Source: Longimicrobiales bacterium (lineage in GTDB: Bacteria; Gemmatimonadota; Gemmatimonadetes; Longimicrobiales; Gaopeijiaceae). Taken from it: DNA of 64,000 bases. The number at the start of each line of letters is the position of its first letter. Position 1 is the first letter of the stretch. The notes beneath the pieces were generated by a model that saw only the letters and a list, made by a program, of their open reading frames with translations, was not told the origin of the DNA and did not search any database. Position numbers and translations under genes: made by a program. The stretch covers positions 256,001 to 320,000 of the forward strand of contig CBDCNQ010000004.1 of NCBI GenBank assembly GCA_965219445.1, given 5' to 3'. Positions 50,485 through 60,466 of this stretch are shown one piece after another.

Positions 50485-52659
50485 CTACCGGGCGAGCGGG
50501 TCCGGCCTCAGTTGGAAGTGCACAACCTTGCTCGGCGTGCCCTTTCCGGTCTCGAGGTGGAACGGCGCCCGAGTGCTGTAGGTCGCCCAAATCCCCCTAC
50601 CCTTCCAGCCAGCGTCCGGGTCATCGATTCGGCCGTCCATCCATTTGGTGTAAAAGCCAAGTGGGTACGGCACGCGCATGACGACCCATTCCCCGTCCTT
50701 GAGCGCCAACAGGCCTTCGGATCCATTGCCCGTGTTGATCGGCACATTTTCGCCCAACCCGAGCGTGTTGAACTGATCCACCCACGTGTAATAGCTCGAC
50801 TCGGCACTGCCTGACTCGGTCAGGTTCTTGATCTGCGGCGCCGGCTCCGGATAGAGGGTCCAGCCCTCGGGGCAGTGTTGACCTGTTGCGGTGGGCCCGT
50901 TGAGGGGCCCAGTGCACTTGCTGCGGTCGAAGCTGGCCATGTGTCCGCTCGCAAGCGGTGTCCACACGACTCCGTTGCGATCGATGTCCATGCCGCGCGG
51001 TGAGTAACCCTGTACGGGTGCGGCGGGGTTGTCCAAGGGCAGCTCGTAGACCTCCGTCAGAGCCGTCTCGGGTGGGTTCGGCCCCGGGTCCAACCGGAGA
51101 ATTATGCCGGGGAAGCCCAACGAGGAGCCCCAAATGGTGCCGTCCAAGGGGTTCGCGGCAACACCGTAATAACCGGAGGAGACCCGCTTGTCCTTCGTGG
51201 GATCGACGGGCTCGTCGGGTTCGACCCATTCGTCTTGCTGGCCGTTGCCGTTGGTGTCGACGATGAGTGGAGCCCAGCCTTGGGAGCGCTCTTCGTCACC
51301 CGTCTCGAGGTACATCCTCGTGTTGAGCCAGCCGATCACCTGCCCGCCGCCGCTCGTCCACAGGGTATTGTCCTCATCCTCGGCGAAAATCAGGTGGTGG
51401 GTGCTGAAACACGTGCTGATGAGGCTGACCTCTTTGGTAGACGGGTCGTACATGGAGAGATGACGGCTCGCCCTTTCAGTCGGAAAAAGCATGGCCGACG
51501 GGTGGTCCGAGCCCTCTCTGCAGAAGGCCGGATTGTCATTCGGGGGACGCACTCTCGACGTGAGCCAGACGCGCGCCTCACTGTCGAGCATGGGATTGTG
51601 GGCATTGGCCTTGCTGTCCCATATCGCCTCTTCTCCCCAATACGGTGACGGCTGCAGCGGCGGCCCCGATGCGACCGGCGTGTTGGGATCGCGGACCGGG
51701 AGCACCACCTGACTCGCCGTGTGGCTCATGGGGTCGAGGACCGGCACGTAGTCCGCGCTGGCCTCGAGCGCCCCGTAGATCGGGCCGTTGGCGTTCACCG
51801 TGGGATCGCGCTTGTCGGTAGAGGCCTCGTCATGGAGATATGCCGTCGGATCGGCCCAATCCCACTGCGTGACGACGACGTTGCGCTCTTCGCCCTGTGG
51901 CCGGGGCGGCGCCGGCGGCACTTCGCCGGCGACGATTCGATCGGTCCAGTCGGCGAACATCTCCAACGCCCGTGGGCGGCCCAGCCGGTTGAGCCCGCCA
52001 ACCATGCTGCCACCCGCTTGCCCGGATTGGATGCGCCGATCCCAGGCAGCCGCTGTGTTCGCGAACTCACCGAGCGCGGCGGGGATCTCCCGCGTCGCCT
52101 TGTTGCCCAGTTGATGACACGCCATGCAGCCACCGGACTTCAGGTTCCTGACCCACTCCGACTGGCTACCGATGCTAGGAGAGATGCCGTTTCCCTGTGG
52201 CCCCGTTCCGGGGAACTCGCTCTTTTCCGGGACCTCGATAAGGGAGAGCCAATTCGCCGCCGGATAGTACTGTGCTGCCGCGTGTGGATCGGGCGCCGTC
52301 ACCGCCGTCAGATCATGGGAAGATCCGGGTGTGGCCTGAATCTTCCTGGAGTCGACCAGCCCGTAGCCACGAACCCAGACGTCGTAGGTCGCTTCCGGCA
52401 GGTCGGGAATCAGGTACCGCCCCTGATCGTCCGTCACCACGATCTTGTTGAACCTGGTCGGTAAATCCATGGTTTCGGCGATGACCCAAACGCCGGCCTC
52501 CGGCCCGTCCGGGCCGCTCACCATGCCGCCGATGTCGTCGCCGTCGATGTCGACCGCATCACTGGTCTGCACACACGCACTTATCCCAGCCAGCAACACG
52601 GCCGCAAGGACGGTGGCACCAGTGTGCAGGACTCTATGGGACTCGACGTTTCTGGTCAT
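50485..52659 (-). CDS. Lipoprotein with carboxypeptidase-like domain, CxxCH heme motif and beta-propeller
   Basis: GPEAGVWVIAET, VVTDDQGRYLIPDLP, CMACHQLG, CFSTHHL, RVPYPLGFY. Confidence 0.8.
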   Translation of the reverse strand: MTRNVESHRVLHTGATVLAAVLLAGISACVQTSDAVDIDGDDIGGMVSGPDGPEAGVWVIAETMDLPTRFNKIVVTDDQGRYLIPDLPEATYDVWVRGYGLVDSRKIQATPGSSHDLTAVTAPDPHAAAQYYPAANWLSLIEVPEKSEFPGTGPQGNGISPSIGSQSEWVRNLKSGGCMACHQLGNKATREIPAALGEFANTAAAWDRRIQSGQAGGSMVGGLNRLGRPRALEMFADWTDRIVAGEVPPAPPRPQGEERNVVVTQWDWADPTAYLHDEASTDKRDPTVNANGPIYGALEASADYVPVLDPMSHTASQVVLPVRDPNTPVASGPPLQPSPYWGEEAIWDSKANAHNPMLDSEARVWLTSRVRPPNDNPAFCREGSDHPSAMLFPTERASRHLSMYDPSTKEVSLISTCFSTHHLIFAEDEDNTLWTSGGGQVIGWLNTRMYLETGDEERSQGWAPLIVDTNGNGQQDEWVEPDEPVDPTKDKRVSSGYYGVAANPLDGTIWGSSLGFPGIILRLDPGPNPPETALTEVYELPLDNPAAPVQGYSPRGMDIDRNGVVWTPLASGHMASFDRSKCTGPLNGPTATGQHCPEGWTLYPEPAPQIKNLTESGSAESSYYTWVDQFNTLGLGENVPINTGNGSEGLLALKDGEWVVMRVPYPLGFYTKWMDGRIDDPDAGWKGRGIWATYSTRAPFHLETGKGTPSKVVHFQLRPDPLAR

Positions 52660-52809
52660 GATGTCCACTCCCCACGGCTAGCGGATAAAAAGACTCAACC
52701 GAGTGACTCGGTCAGACGGATTTGGAGTTTCACTCAGGATAGCGTCCACGTTGCCAGGCCGATAGGCGGCCCTGAGGATCCTTGTGTACCTCCTGCGTAA
52801 TCAGCAGGA

Positions 52810-52850
52810 AAAACAAAGCGCCCCCGGCCGAAAGGCCGGGAGCGCTTTGT
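52810..52850 (-). terminator. Rho-independent terminator
   Basis: aaagcgc-ccccggcc-gaaa-ggccgggagcgcttt with an A-run on the left (T-run on the minus strand). Confidence 0.7.
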
Positions 52851-52888
52851 CAAAGTCGCGTCGCGCGATTCGCGCGCCGACGACCGAA

Positions 52889-53962
52889 CTACTCGTGGCC
52901 GAACATCCAGGCCACCGGCTGAATGAAGTCCTCGAACCTTTTCTCGAACAGATCATCGAGTCCGTCGAATATGTCCCGTACGGCTTCCGCCTCGGCACCG
53001 GTCAACTGGCCGCCGTCCGCGTTCTGAGCAGTGACGGTATCGCCGTCGACGGTGATCTTCGCGAAGAGCTGCCCATCGACGTGAACCTCAAAGGTTCCGC
53101 CCCAAGCCGCGGGCTCGCCGTCGTTGAATGAGATGACACCAGCCACCGAGACCGCATGGTGGCCCTCCATGAATGACACTTCGACGTCAATCGAGCCATC
53201 CCTCGTCACCTCGTCGATCTCGAAGACCACTATGGCGTCCAACTCGAAGTCCCTCGCAGGAATCGAAAGATTGTAGTCGGCCGTGGCGCTCGAGACCGAT
53301 CCGTCCTGGACGAACGTCACCGAGAGGTCGACATCGATCACGTCACTACCGTCAGTGATGAACCCGGCAACGGTGAGGCCCACGGTTTGGAGGCCGACCA
53401 CCGCCCGAACCGTATAGTTGATGCGCTCGACACCATCCGTCACGGCTACGATGCGGGCGACGTAGGCGAGAGTGGTACTCTCGTCCAGGAGGTCGACGTG
53501 CCCGATCACGGCGTCCAAGAGGTTATGGGTGATCGGATCGACCCCGTATAGAACAAAGCGCACGCCATTCGTTGGAGCGTCCGTGCGTGCGGCATCGTGC
53601 TGATATTCGTCGTTCACGCGGTCGTACGTGCGACCGAGGATTTCATCCGGAAACAGCGGCCCCGAGGCCGGACCCGCAGCCGCGAAGGCCTCAGCCGCGG
53701 CGGCGGCCTCCCAGCGGCTGCCTGCAGCGGCTGCCGCCAAGCTGGCTTGGAGCAGCGGCGCGGGGACGGCGCCAGTGTCCGGCACCAGGACGAAGCTCAG
53801 GCTCTCGAATGCCGCGGCGGAGAATGCGCCCTGCACGACCGTAAGATCTGCGGCAGATGCCTCCGGATCGAACGGCTCGTTCGGTCCCGTACTATCGCTG
53901 CATGCAGCGAGTGCAACCATAAGGGCCATAGTGACGGCCGACAATTTGTTTAAGCGTAGCAC
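52889..53962 (-). CDS. Hypothetical lipoprotein
   Basis: LAACSDSTGP lipobox; acidic, beta-rich body. Confidence 0.7.
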   Translation of the reverse strand: MLRLNKLSAVTMALMVALAACSDSTGPNEPFDPEASAADLTVVQGAFSAAAFESLSFVLVPDTGAVPAPLLQASLAAAAAGSRWEAAAAAEAFAAAGPASGPLFPDEILGRTYDRVNDEYQHDAARTDAPTNGVRFVLYGVDPITHNLLDAVIGHVDLLDESTTLAYVARIVAVTDGVERINYTVRAVVGLQTVGLTVAGFITDGSDVIDVDLSVTFVQDGSVSSATADYNLSIPARDFELDAIVVFEIDEVTRDGSIDVEVSFMEGHHAVSVAGVISFNDGEPAAWGGTFEVHVDGQLFAKITVDGDTVTAQNADGGQLTGAEAEAVRDIFDGLDDLFEKRFEDFIQPVAWMFGHE

Positions 53963-54215
53963 GTTTCAACCTCCGTATCTGGTTCTAAAAAAAGAAATAT
54001 GACGGCGGTCGATGCCGCCCGTCTCAATGGTTTGGCGCTTAACAGGTCAAGAGACGTGCCGCTTTTGGGGGAGTCGGACGGGAAGGAGGCCGGCTGCCCG
54101 AGTTTCCGCGCCAGATCACACTTCTTCGGAGGTCGGGGGCCGGAGCCAGAGGCCGCGAAACGCCTCAGAAAGGTGCCCCGTTGTGCAACTTTTTGCGTGA
54201 AAGGATAAAAAGTAC

Positions 54216-54962
54216 CTAGTCGCTCATCCGCAGGGCCCGCGCGATCCAGACGGTCCTGAAGACGGCTGTTCCGACCGTGCCCACCGCCACGATCCCCAAA
54301 ACGGGCACGAGCAACGTTCCGACTCGACCGGCTCCCCAGAGTCCGGAAACCGTCGGGTCGAGGACTCCGCCGAACCCCAGAAGGAGCAAGCGTTCAGCTC
54401 TCTGCATGACCCCTAGTCTGCATACTACCCCCTGACTCTCCCCCCGAGCGCGCGTATAGCTGACCAGGAGTGACCCACCCATCGCGGTGACGGCCAGAGC
54501 CAGCGAGAGCGCGGAGAACCGAAACAGTACGGCCAGCCCGACAAAGGCCCCGACTTCGCCAAAGCGGTCGAGCGTAGAGTCGAGAAAGGCTCCCGTCCGG
54601 TCGCCGACCGCCGTGGAGCGAGCGATGCGGCCGTCGAGAACGTCCGCCATGCCTCCCAGGAGAACGCCCCACCCTCCAAGCGTCACGTGACCCGAGGCGA
54701 ACGCCACGCCGGCGCCGATACCGAAGGCCACACCCAAAAGGTTGTAGAACGTCGGCCCCAGCCCTACGGCGATTGAAAAGCGGACCACCGGGCTGACGGC
54801 CCAGTAGAACCAGGCCCTTACGAACGAGCCCAACACGAACGTGCCCTGGGCGTCCGACGCGAGCGGATCCGGACGCCTGTTGGCGCCTGTCAACACGTAG
54901 ACGGGCATCGACAGCACCGCCGTCGACAGCAGGACAAGAAAGGCCTGTAGTCCGGGTGTCAC
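54216..54962 (-). CDS. CDP-alcohol phosphatidyltransferase
   Basis: DVLDGRIAR..GAFLDSTLDR signature; SYTRARGE, MQRAER. Confidence 0.92.
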   Translation of the reverse strand: MTPGLQAFLVLLSTAVLSMPVYVLTGANRRPDPLASDAQGTFVLGSFVRAWFYWAVSPVVRFSIAVGLGPTFYNLLGVAFGIGAGVAFASGHVTLGGWGVLLGGMADVLDGRIARSTAVGDRTGAFLDSTLDRFGEVGAFVGLAVLFRFSALSLALAVTAMGGSLLVSYTRARGESQGVVCRLGVMQRAERLLLLGFGGVLDPTVSGLWGAGRVGTLLVPVLGIVAVGTVGTAVFRTVWIARALRMSD

Positions 54963-55939
54963 GCGTCGCCCTCGGACCCGGGACCAACCGCACGTCGCGC
55001 TGCGGCCTCTTCAGCCGGCCGGTTACGAAGCACTCGAAACAAGCGAGGCCATAGAAAAATGAGGGGCAGACGCGTCTCCAACGCGGTCAGGTCGACGCTC
55101 ATCCCCGTTCGACGCTCCACCTTTCGCACCACGTACGGAAGCCAGTTTTCGAAGGTCAGCACATGCTTGATCCATCGGGCGGTCACCCTGAACTTGCTGA
55201 AGTTGAAGTACGCCGATCTTCTGAGCCGAGCCATAAGCCGTGGCCGGCGTGCCGACCGGTACCCTTGCCCTTCACGCACGACAAGCCCCTCGCCAATCGC
55301 ATCCGCGAGCAGCTTCTCGTAGGTCTCCACAAGATAGGCGCGTTGAGCCTCGAAGACCGAGCTGGCCCGTGAACCGGACTCCGGTCGGATCTCGCTGCGA
55401 TAACAGATGGCGATCATCTCGCGCGTCAGACTCTCGGCGCTGAAGGGAGTGGCCACGTACGGCGCTGCCCAGTCGAGGACCGTTCTCCGCGCGGCCTCCA
55501 GACGGTCATCGAGCCACTTATCGGCGGCCGCATCCCTCACGTAGAGGACACCGACCTCCTGGATCATGCGGGAGATCATGAAGTGATCCCGTGACCGGGC
55601 TGACAGCTCGCGCTCGAAATCGCGCGCACTGATGATCAGGCACTTGGCAATCGGACCATCCGCACCCACCGGCGGGAAGGCGATCACGTTCGGGGGCAAC
55701 AGCCATGCGAGCGACGCCATGAGCCTGGGCGGCCGGTGGGTGAAGCCACGACGGCTCAGCTCCCGGTACGTCCCGAGGTAGTCCTCCACCACGACCACGA
55801 GATCGTGCGCGCTGTAGCGGTCGGGCGCCGCCCCGACCAGATGGGATCCGTACAGGAGAACGGCTCGGAGTTGCGTCCCGGTGCCCGCCACGAGCGACTG
55901 AGTGAGCAGTCGGGCGGGCTCCCTACCGGCATGGGTCAT
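54959..55939 (-). CDS. Nucleotidyltransferase, Tam41/Mmp37-like phosphatidate cytidylyltransferase candidate
   Basis: AVLLYGS..HDLVVVVEDY Pol-beta-type motif, LPPNV, YRSEIRPE, YVVRKVERRTG. Confidence 0.6.
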   Translation of the reverse strand: MTHAGREPARLLTQSLVAGTGTQLRAVLLYGSHLVGAAPDRYSAHDLVVVVEDYLGTYRELSRRGFTHRPPRLMASLAWLLPPNVIAFPPVGADGPIAKCLIISARDFERELSARSRDHFMISRMIQEVGVLYVRDAAADKWLDDRLEAARRTVLDWAAPYVATPFSAESLTREMIAICYRSEIRPESGSRASSVFEAQRAYLVETYEKLLADAIGEGLVVREGQGYRSARRPRLMARLRRSAYFNFSKFRVTARWIKHVLTFENWLPYVVRKVERRTGMSVDLTALETRLPLIFLWPRLFRVLRNRPAEEAAARRAVGPGSEGDA

Positions 55940-56832
55940 CCCACGCGCTCGGTCTCGTCGGATCCGCGTCGGGACCCGGTCCGGCGATCGATCCCGTCGG
56001 ACCTGCGTCGGGACGTCTTCCGGCGCTCCTTCAATGCAGGAGCCTCGACCCTGGATCTCTCCGTGGCCTGCTCGGAGAACGCCGCTCCTCGGCGCAACCC
56101 CTGGAGGCTGTGCCGCATCCGGCCCTCCATCTCCTCTAGCCAGGCGGAGATTTCATGGGGGTCCGAGGGCGTGGCGAAGGGTCCGGAAACACTCACGCGG
56201 CAGTGGACCTTATCGACCCCATCGAGCATGTCCCGAAGCCGCCCACAAGGCAAAGTCCCATCCGAGGTCAACAGATACACCTCCCACTGCCTGTGCCGCA
56301 GAAGGGTATCCACCGCTCCCCGTCGGAACGGGAGCAGTGCTCCGTCACGCGAGCGCGTACCTTCAGGGTACACGACGATCGGAACCCGGGGGTCTCGGGC
56401 CACCGACCGGAGCATCTTGACCTGCCACTTCATCGAGCCCGTGGGATCCACGACCGGATATTCGTAGAGTTCGATCATCTTCGAGAGCAAGGGTACCCCG
56501 CGAGCGTACCGTTTCCGTGTGACGATGCGCGGATATCCGTGCGCCAGGCTTCGGACGACGATCGGGACGTCCAGGAGCGACTGGTGATTCATCAACACGA
56601 GAACGCCCGGGCCGGAAGGAATCGTCGGGATCGGCTCGAACTTACCCCCCCCGACGACGCGGGTCAGACCGATCAGCCTCGCCGCAATCCACCGCTGCCA
56701 GCCCCCCAACACCCCTTCCTTCCGCGTGGGAACCACCCATACCAACGGCACGATGACCAACCTTTGAAACAGGTCGAGCCACGCAAAAAACACGCCGGCG
56801 GTAGCGACGGTCAAAAAGCCTCTTAGTTTCAT
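55936..56832 (-). CDS. Lysophospholipid acyltransferase (PlsC family)
   Basis: NHQSLLD (HX4D), YPEGTRSRDG. Confidence 0.9.
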   Translation of the reverse strand: MKLRGFLTVATAGVFFAWLDLFQRLVIVPLVWVVPTRKEGVLGGWQRWIAARLIGLTRVVGGGKFEPIPTIPSGPGVLVLMNHQSLLDVPIVVRSLAHGYPRIVTRKRYARGVPLLSKMIELYEYPVVDPTGSMKWQVKMLRSVARDPRVPIVVYPEGTRSRDGALLPFRRGAVDTLLRHRQWEVYLLTSDGTLPCGRLRDMLDGVDKVHCRVSVSGPFATPSDPHEISAWLEEMEGRMRHSLQGLRRGAAFSEQATERSRVEAPALKERRKTSRRRSDGIDRRTGSRRGSDETERVG

Positions 56833-56970
56833 GACGGCGAACGCTAACGGGATGTGGAGGGGTACTTCAAGCAGTATGCAGGGCGACAAGAGGATCTTCC
56901 AGCAGCGCCGATATGTGACGGATCAGGAAATGACCACGGAGTCCGCAGACACGAGGAGGAAGTTCGGGTT

Positions 56971-57633
56971 ATGGAGTTGACGGAATACGGCTTCAAGAAC
57001 GCCGTCAGTGGTTTCTTCGAGATGCCCACGAGTGACGCACGGAAAATCCTGCCCGCGCATCTCCAGCCGTTGGAGGTACAACATGAGCGCAGCATCCTCG
57101 CTGTTACTGCGTTCCAGTTCAACCAGAGCATGGTGGGGGAGTACGACGAGGTCGTCTTGTCGGTCATCGTGCCGCCGATCATGGAGGCCGGCCGACCTCT
57201 TCCAAAGGCTGCGTTCTTTCCGTTCATGGTGGGTGTGACCACGGATGCGTCACGCCAGCATGCCATCGAGCGCTGGCACCTTCCGCACTATATGAAGGAT
57301 CTACAGATGGAGTTCACGGAGACCGACGACGAACTGTCGCTGAGCATCTGTGACGAGCGCCAGCCCGTCCTGGATCTGAGCGTGACGAACTTCCCTGGAG
57401 CCCCGGAGATCGTCCTCTTCAACGCATTCACGGTAAACGAAGAAGACCGCTTCAAGGTGAATATCTTCATGGATGGCGAGCACACCGAGCACGAAGAGGA
57501 GGCCGGCTCACTCACCCTACATCCTCACGAGATGACCAAGGGGCTGACGCTCGACGACATCTCATCCGTTCCGTTCCGGGAACAGTGGTTCCACGGTGGT
57601 CTACAGACGTTCGAGGAGTTGGAGCAGCTCTGA
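56971..57633 (+). CDS. Acetoacetate-decarboxylase-like fold protein
   Basis: ARKILPAHLQP, VGEYDEVVL, AIERWHLP. Confidence 0.55.
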   Translation: MELTEYGFKNAVSGFFEMPTSDARKILPAHLQPLEVQHERSILAVTAFQFNQSMVGEYDEVVLSVIVPPIMEAGRPLPKAAFFPFMVGVTTDASRQHAIERWHLPHYMKDLQMEFTETDDELSLSICDERQPVLDLSVTNFPGAPEIVLFNAFTVNEEDRFKVNIFMDGEHTEHEEEAGSLTLHPHEMTKGLTLDDISSVPFREQWFHGGLQTFEELEQL

Positions 57634-57656
57634 CGAGGGGCGTCCGACCGTAGCGT

Positions 57657-59279
57657 CTAAAAGCGGGAGGAACGGATCCAAACGTCAGCCCTCGCCCAAG
57701 AGGCCTCGAAGACCTTTGCTATCTCCTCGGCCTCGCCGACCTTGCCCTGGGCGCGGAGCGCCTGCTCGAGCCCAAAGAGGGACCATCCGTTGAACGGATG
57801 GTCCTCGATCGCCGCACGGTAGACGGCTTCCGCCTCGACCGGACGGTCGGCCTCCAGAAGAATCGCCCCCAGCCAGTCCCGGGCGGAGAAATTGAGCGGT
57901 TCGGGCTCATCGTAGCGGAGTCCGTCTTCGATTTCGACGGCACGCTCGAACATCGCGATCGCCTCGGCGGTACGCCCTTCCTCCCGGAGAATCTCACCAC
58001 CGAGGATGCCCCTCACGATTCCGAGCAGATCCGATGCGGTGTGGCCGCGGAACTGCGCAGCCTCCGGAGCCGATGTGCGCCCCTCTTCTATGGCCTCGAG
58101 GAATCCGCGCGCAACGCCCACGTGCCCGGCTCGAAGATGAGCGTAGCCCTGCCCAAAGTCCCAAAAACCCCTGAAGATCGGATTCTCGGTGCCGTTGCCC
58201 TCCATGTCGAGAATGTCCTCGAAACGACCAAATCGGACCCTGGTCAGCACCTCGTAGTATTGGGCCCCGCCCGTGGCCGTCGTGTAATCCGCCCCGGCCT
58301 GGATAGCGACCGCGCCCTGACCATCGTTCGATGCGGCGAAGAGGAGCATGTGCAGGTTGTGCGAAGTGTATATGGCAAAACCCTCACCGTATTCGGCCGC
58401 CTGGTCGGAGTGCCACGCACGTTGATTCGCGCGCACTCCGTCACCCCAACGGCCAACCTCGTTATAGGTATGGGAGGGCATGTGGTTGATGTGGCTCGCG
58501 CCCGGGATGGATTCACCCAGGAGGTCCGCACAGGCCTCGGCCTTGTTCGGCTGCGTCGTCGACTCGGTCGCATGAATGTAGAGGTGGCACGATCCCGGAT
58601 GACGAATGTCTTTGGCCAGGACCTCCTCCAGAATCTGGTGAATCCGTTGGATCTCCTTCCGCTCGATGTCCCAATTACCCCTTCTGGGCTCTAGCAGCAT
58701 CAGGCTTTCGGCATAGAGGAATCCCACATCCAGGTCGGCCTTGTGGGCCTCGTAGACCCGGCCCATCGCTTCCGCGTATGCCGTATCGATGGCCAACTGC
58801 GGAGCCGGATCGCTCCGCGCCACGTACCGGACGGCCATCGCGTCGATCAGCTCCCGCTCGACCCTGCTCGCGTGATCCGGTGCGAGCTCCAACGCCTTTT
58901 GAATCGCCGCCTGGGCGCGGGGAAGAGCGCCCGCACCCATGGGACCGTTCATGTAAGGCCCCCACGCCCACGCCTCCCCGAAGTAGCACATCGCACAGTC
59001 CGGGTCACGGAGCTGTGCCTCCCGGAATGAGCGGGCAGCATCCATCAGCGTGAAGGAGTATATGAGCTGGATGCCCTGGTCGAAAAAAGCCTGCGCCTCG
59101 GTGGAATCCGTCGTGATCGTGCGTGAAAAGGGACCGAGCCCGATCGTGAAATAAGGCATGGGCTCGTCGAAGATTTCCGGCATTTCCGGAGGGAGGTTCT
59201 CCTGGCCAGCCGCACCTAGGGCCAGCGACGCCAGAAGGACGGCCGCATAGAATGGCACGCTCGCTATTCTCCGGTCCAT
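57657..59279 (-). CDS. Exported TPR protein
   Basis: AQAFFDQG, DPDCAMCY, HLYIHATE, HMPSHTY, NGWSLFGL. Confidence 0.8.
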   Translation of the reverse strand: MDRRIASVPFYAAVLLASLALGAAGQENLPPEMPEIFDEPMPYFTIGLGPFSRTITTDSTEAQAFFDQGIQLIYSFTLMDAARSFREAQLRDPDCAMCYFGEAWAWGPYMNGPMGAGALPRAQAAIQKALELAPDHASRVERELIDAMAVRYVARSDPAPQLAIDTAYAEAMGRVYEAHKADLDVGFLYAESLMLLEPRRGNWDIERKEIQRIHQILEEVLAKDIRHPGSCHLYIHATESTTQPNKAEACADLLGESIPGASHINHMPSHTYNEVGRWGDGVRANQRAWHSDQAAEYGEGFAIYTSHNLHMLLFAASNDGQGAVAIQAGADYTTATGGAQYYEVLTRVRFGRFEDILDMEGNGTENPIFRGFWDFGQGYAHLRAGHVGVARGFLEAIEEGRTSAPEAAQFRGHTASDLLGIVRGILGGEILREEGRTAEAIAMFERAVEIEDGLRYDEPEPLNFSARDWLGAILLEADRPVEAEAVYRAAIEDHPFNGWSLFGLEQALRAQGKVGEAEEIAKVFEASWARADVWIRSSRF

Positions 59280-60271
59280 TACGATTTCTCCTCGGGAAAG
59301 GCCTCTGAAGGAAGCACCAACATGGCGTCCCTGCCCTGAGCTCGTCCAGGAGGGCTTGGGCCCGGATGTGGCTCGACATGTACCAGCGCATCGAGGATCC
59401 GCAGGTCCGAGTGAAGGAGCCCGTCCTTGACCAGATGGGCGATCTCATGCCCGGCCCGAACCGAAATATCACCCTCCACCTCGACATGAATGTCGACCCA
59501 CAGCGCCAAACCACTCCTGCGTACACGAAGTAGGTCCACTCCGTCCACGCCGGGCACGGCTTCGGCGATCTCCCTGATGCGATCGCGAATTTCCTTCGGA
59601 GCGGTCACGTCCAGCACTTCACGGAGCGACGCCCGGAACAATCGAATACCGTTGAACGTGATCACGGCGCAAGCGACCAACGCCGCCCAGTCGTCCGCGC
59701 TCTCGAATCCCTCGCCGGCCGTCAGCGCCACGCTGATGCCGATAAAGGCTGCGAGCGAGGTCAGTGCGTCTGACCGGTGATGCCAGGCATCCGCGTCCAG
59801 AGCCCAACTGCCGATCTCCCGTCCCCGGGCCGACAACACGCGAAACATCAATTCCTTGGCGATGAGCACACCCACCAGGACCACGAGCGTAAAGCTCTCC
59901 GGAGCCTCTTGCGGGCTCAGTATCACCTGGACGGCACTGACGGCGATCCCCGCCGCAGCCAGAAGCAGAACCGTCGAAACTACGAGCGACGCCAGGGGCT
60001 CAGCCTTCCCGAGTCCGTATGGATATCGTTCCGACTGGGGCAGCACGCTGACCCGGAGGCCACCCCAAACGAGAAGACCACTGAAGATGTCGAGCACGGA
60101 CTCCACTCCGTCCGCGACGAGCGCGAACGAGTTCCCGATGACGCCCGTCACGATCTTCGTCGTCGCGAGAAGAGTACTCGCGATGACGCCGATCGCCGCC
60201 ACACGCGTCCCTCGCCGGACGGCATCGCTGAGTTGCTCCGGCGTGCTGGAACCTGAACCCTGGTCTTTCAT
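59279..60271 (-). CDS. Cation diffusion facilitator (FieF-like)
   Basis: SFALVADGVES, YPYGLGKAE, DAWHHRSD, VDIHVEV, LVHVEP; start uncertain. Confidence 0.9.
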   Translation of the reverse strand: MKDQGSGSSTPEQLSDAVRRGTRVAAIGVIASTLLATTKIVTGVIGNSFALVADGVESVLDIFSGLLVWGGLRVSVLPQSERYPYGLGKAEPLASLVVSTVLLLAAAGIAVSAVQVILSPQEAPESFTLVVLVGVLIAKELMFRVLSARGREIGSWALDADAWHHRSDALTSLAAFIGISVALTAGEGFESADDWAALVACAVITFNGIRLFRASLREVLDVTAPKEIRDRIREIAEAVPGVDGVDLLRVRRSGLALWVDIHVEVEGDISVRAGHEIAHLVKDGLLHSDLRILDALVHVEPHPGPSPPGRAQGRDAMLVLPSEAFPEEKS

Positions 60272-60466
60272 GTGTGGAAGGTGCACCGCTGGCGAATCGG
60301 TGCAACCGGGGGAGGGTCGACGACCGCGATCAAGCTCCGCCTTGGACGCTATGGACATCCCGAGTAGCCTTTTTTAGAATTTTCCCACTTCACCAAAGAA
60401 CGGCCGATCCGGCGTGGCCCGCTTTTTCAACCGGATTTTCTGTCGCGTTCACAAGGAGGAGAAGGA

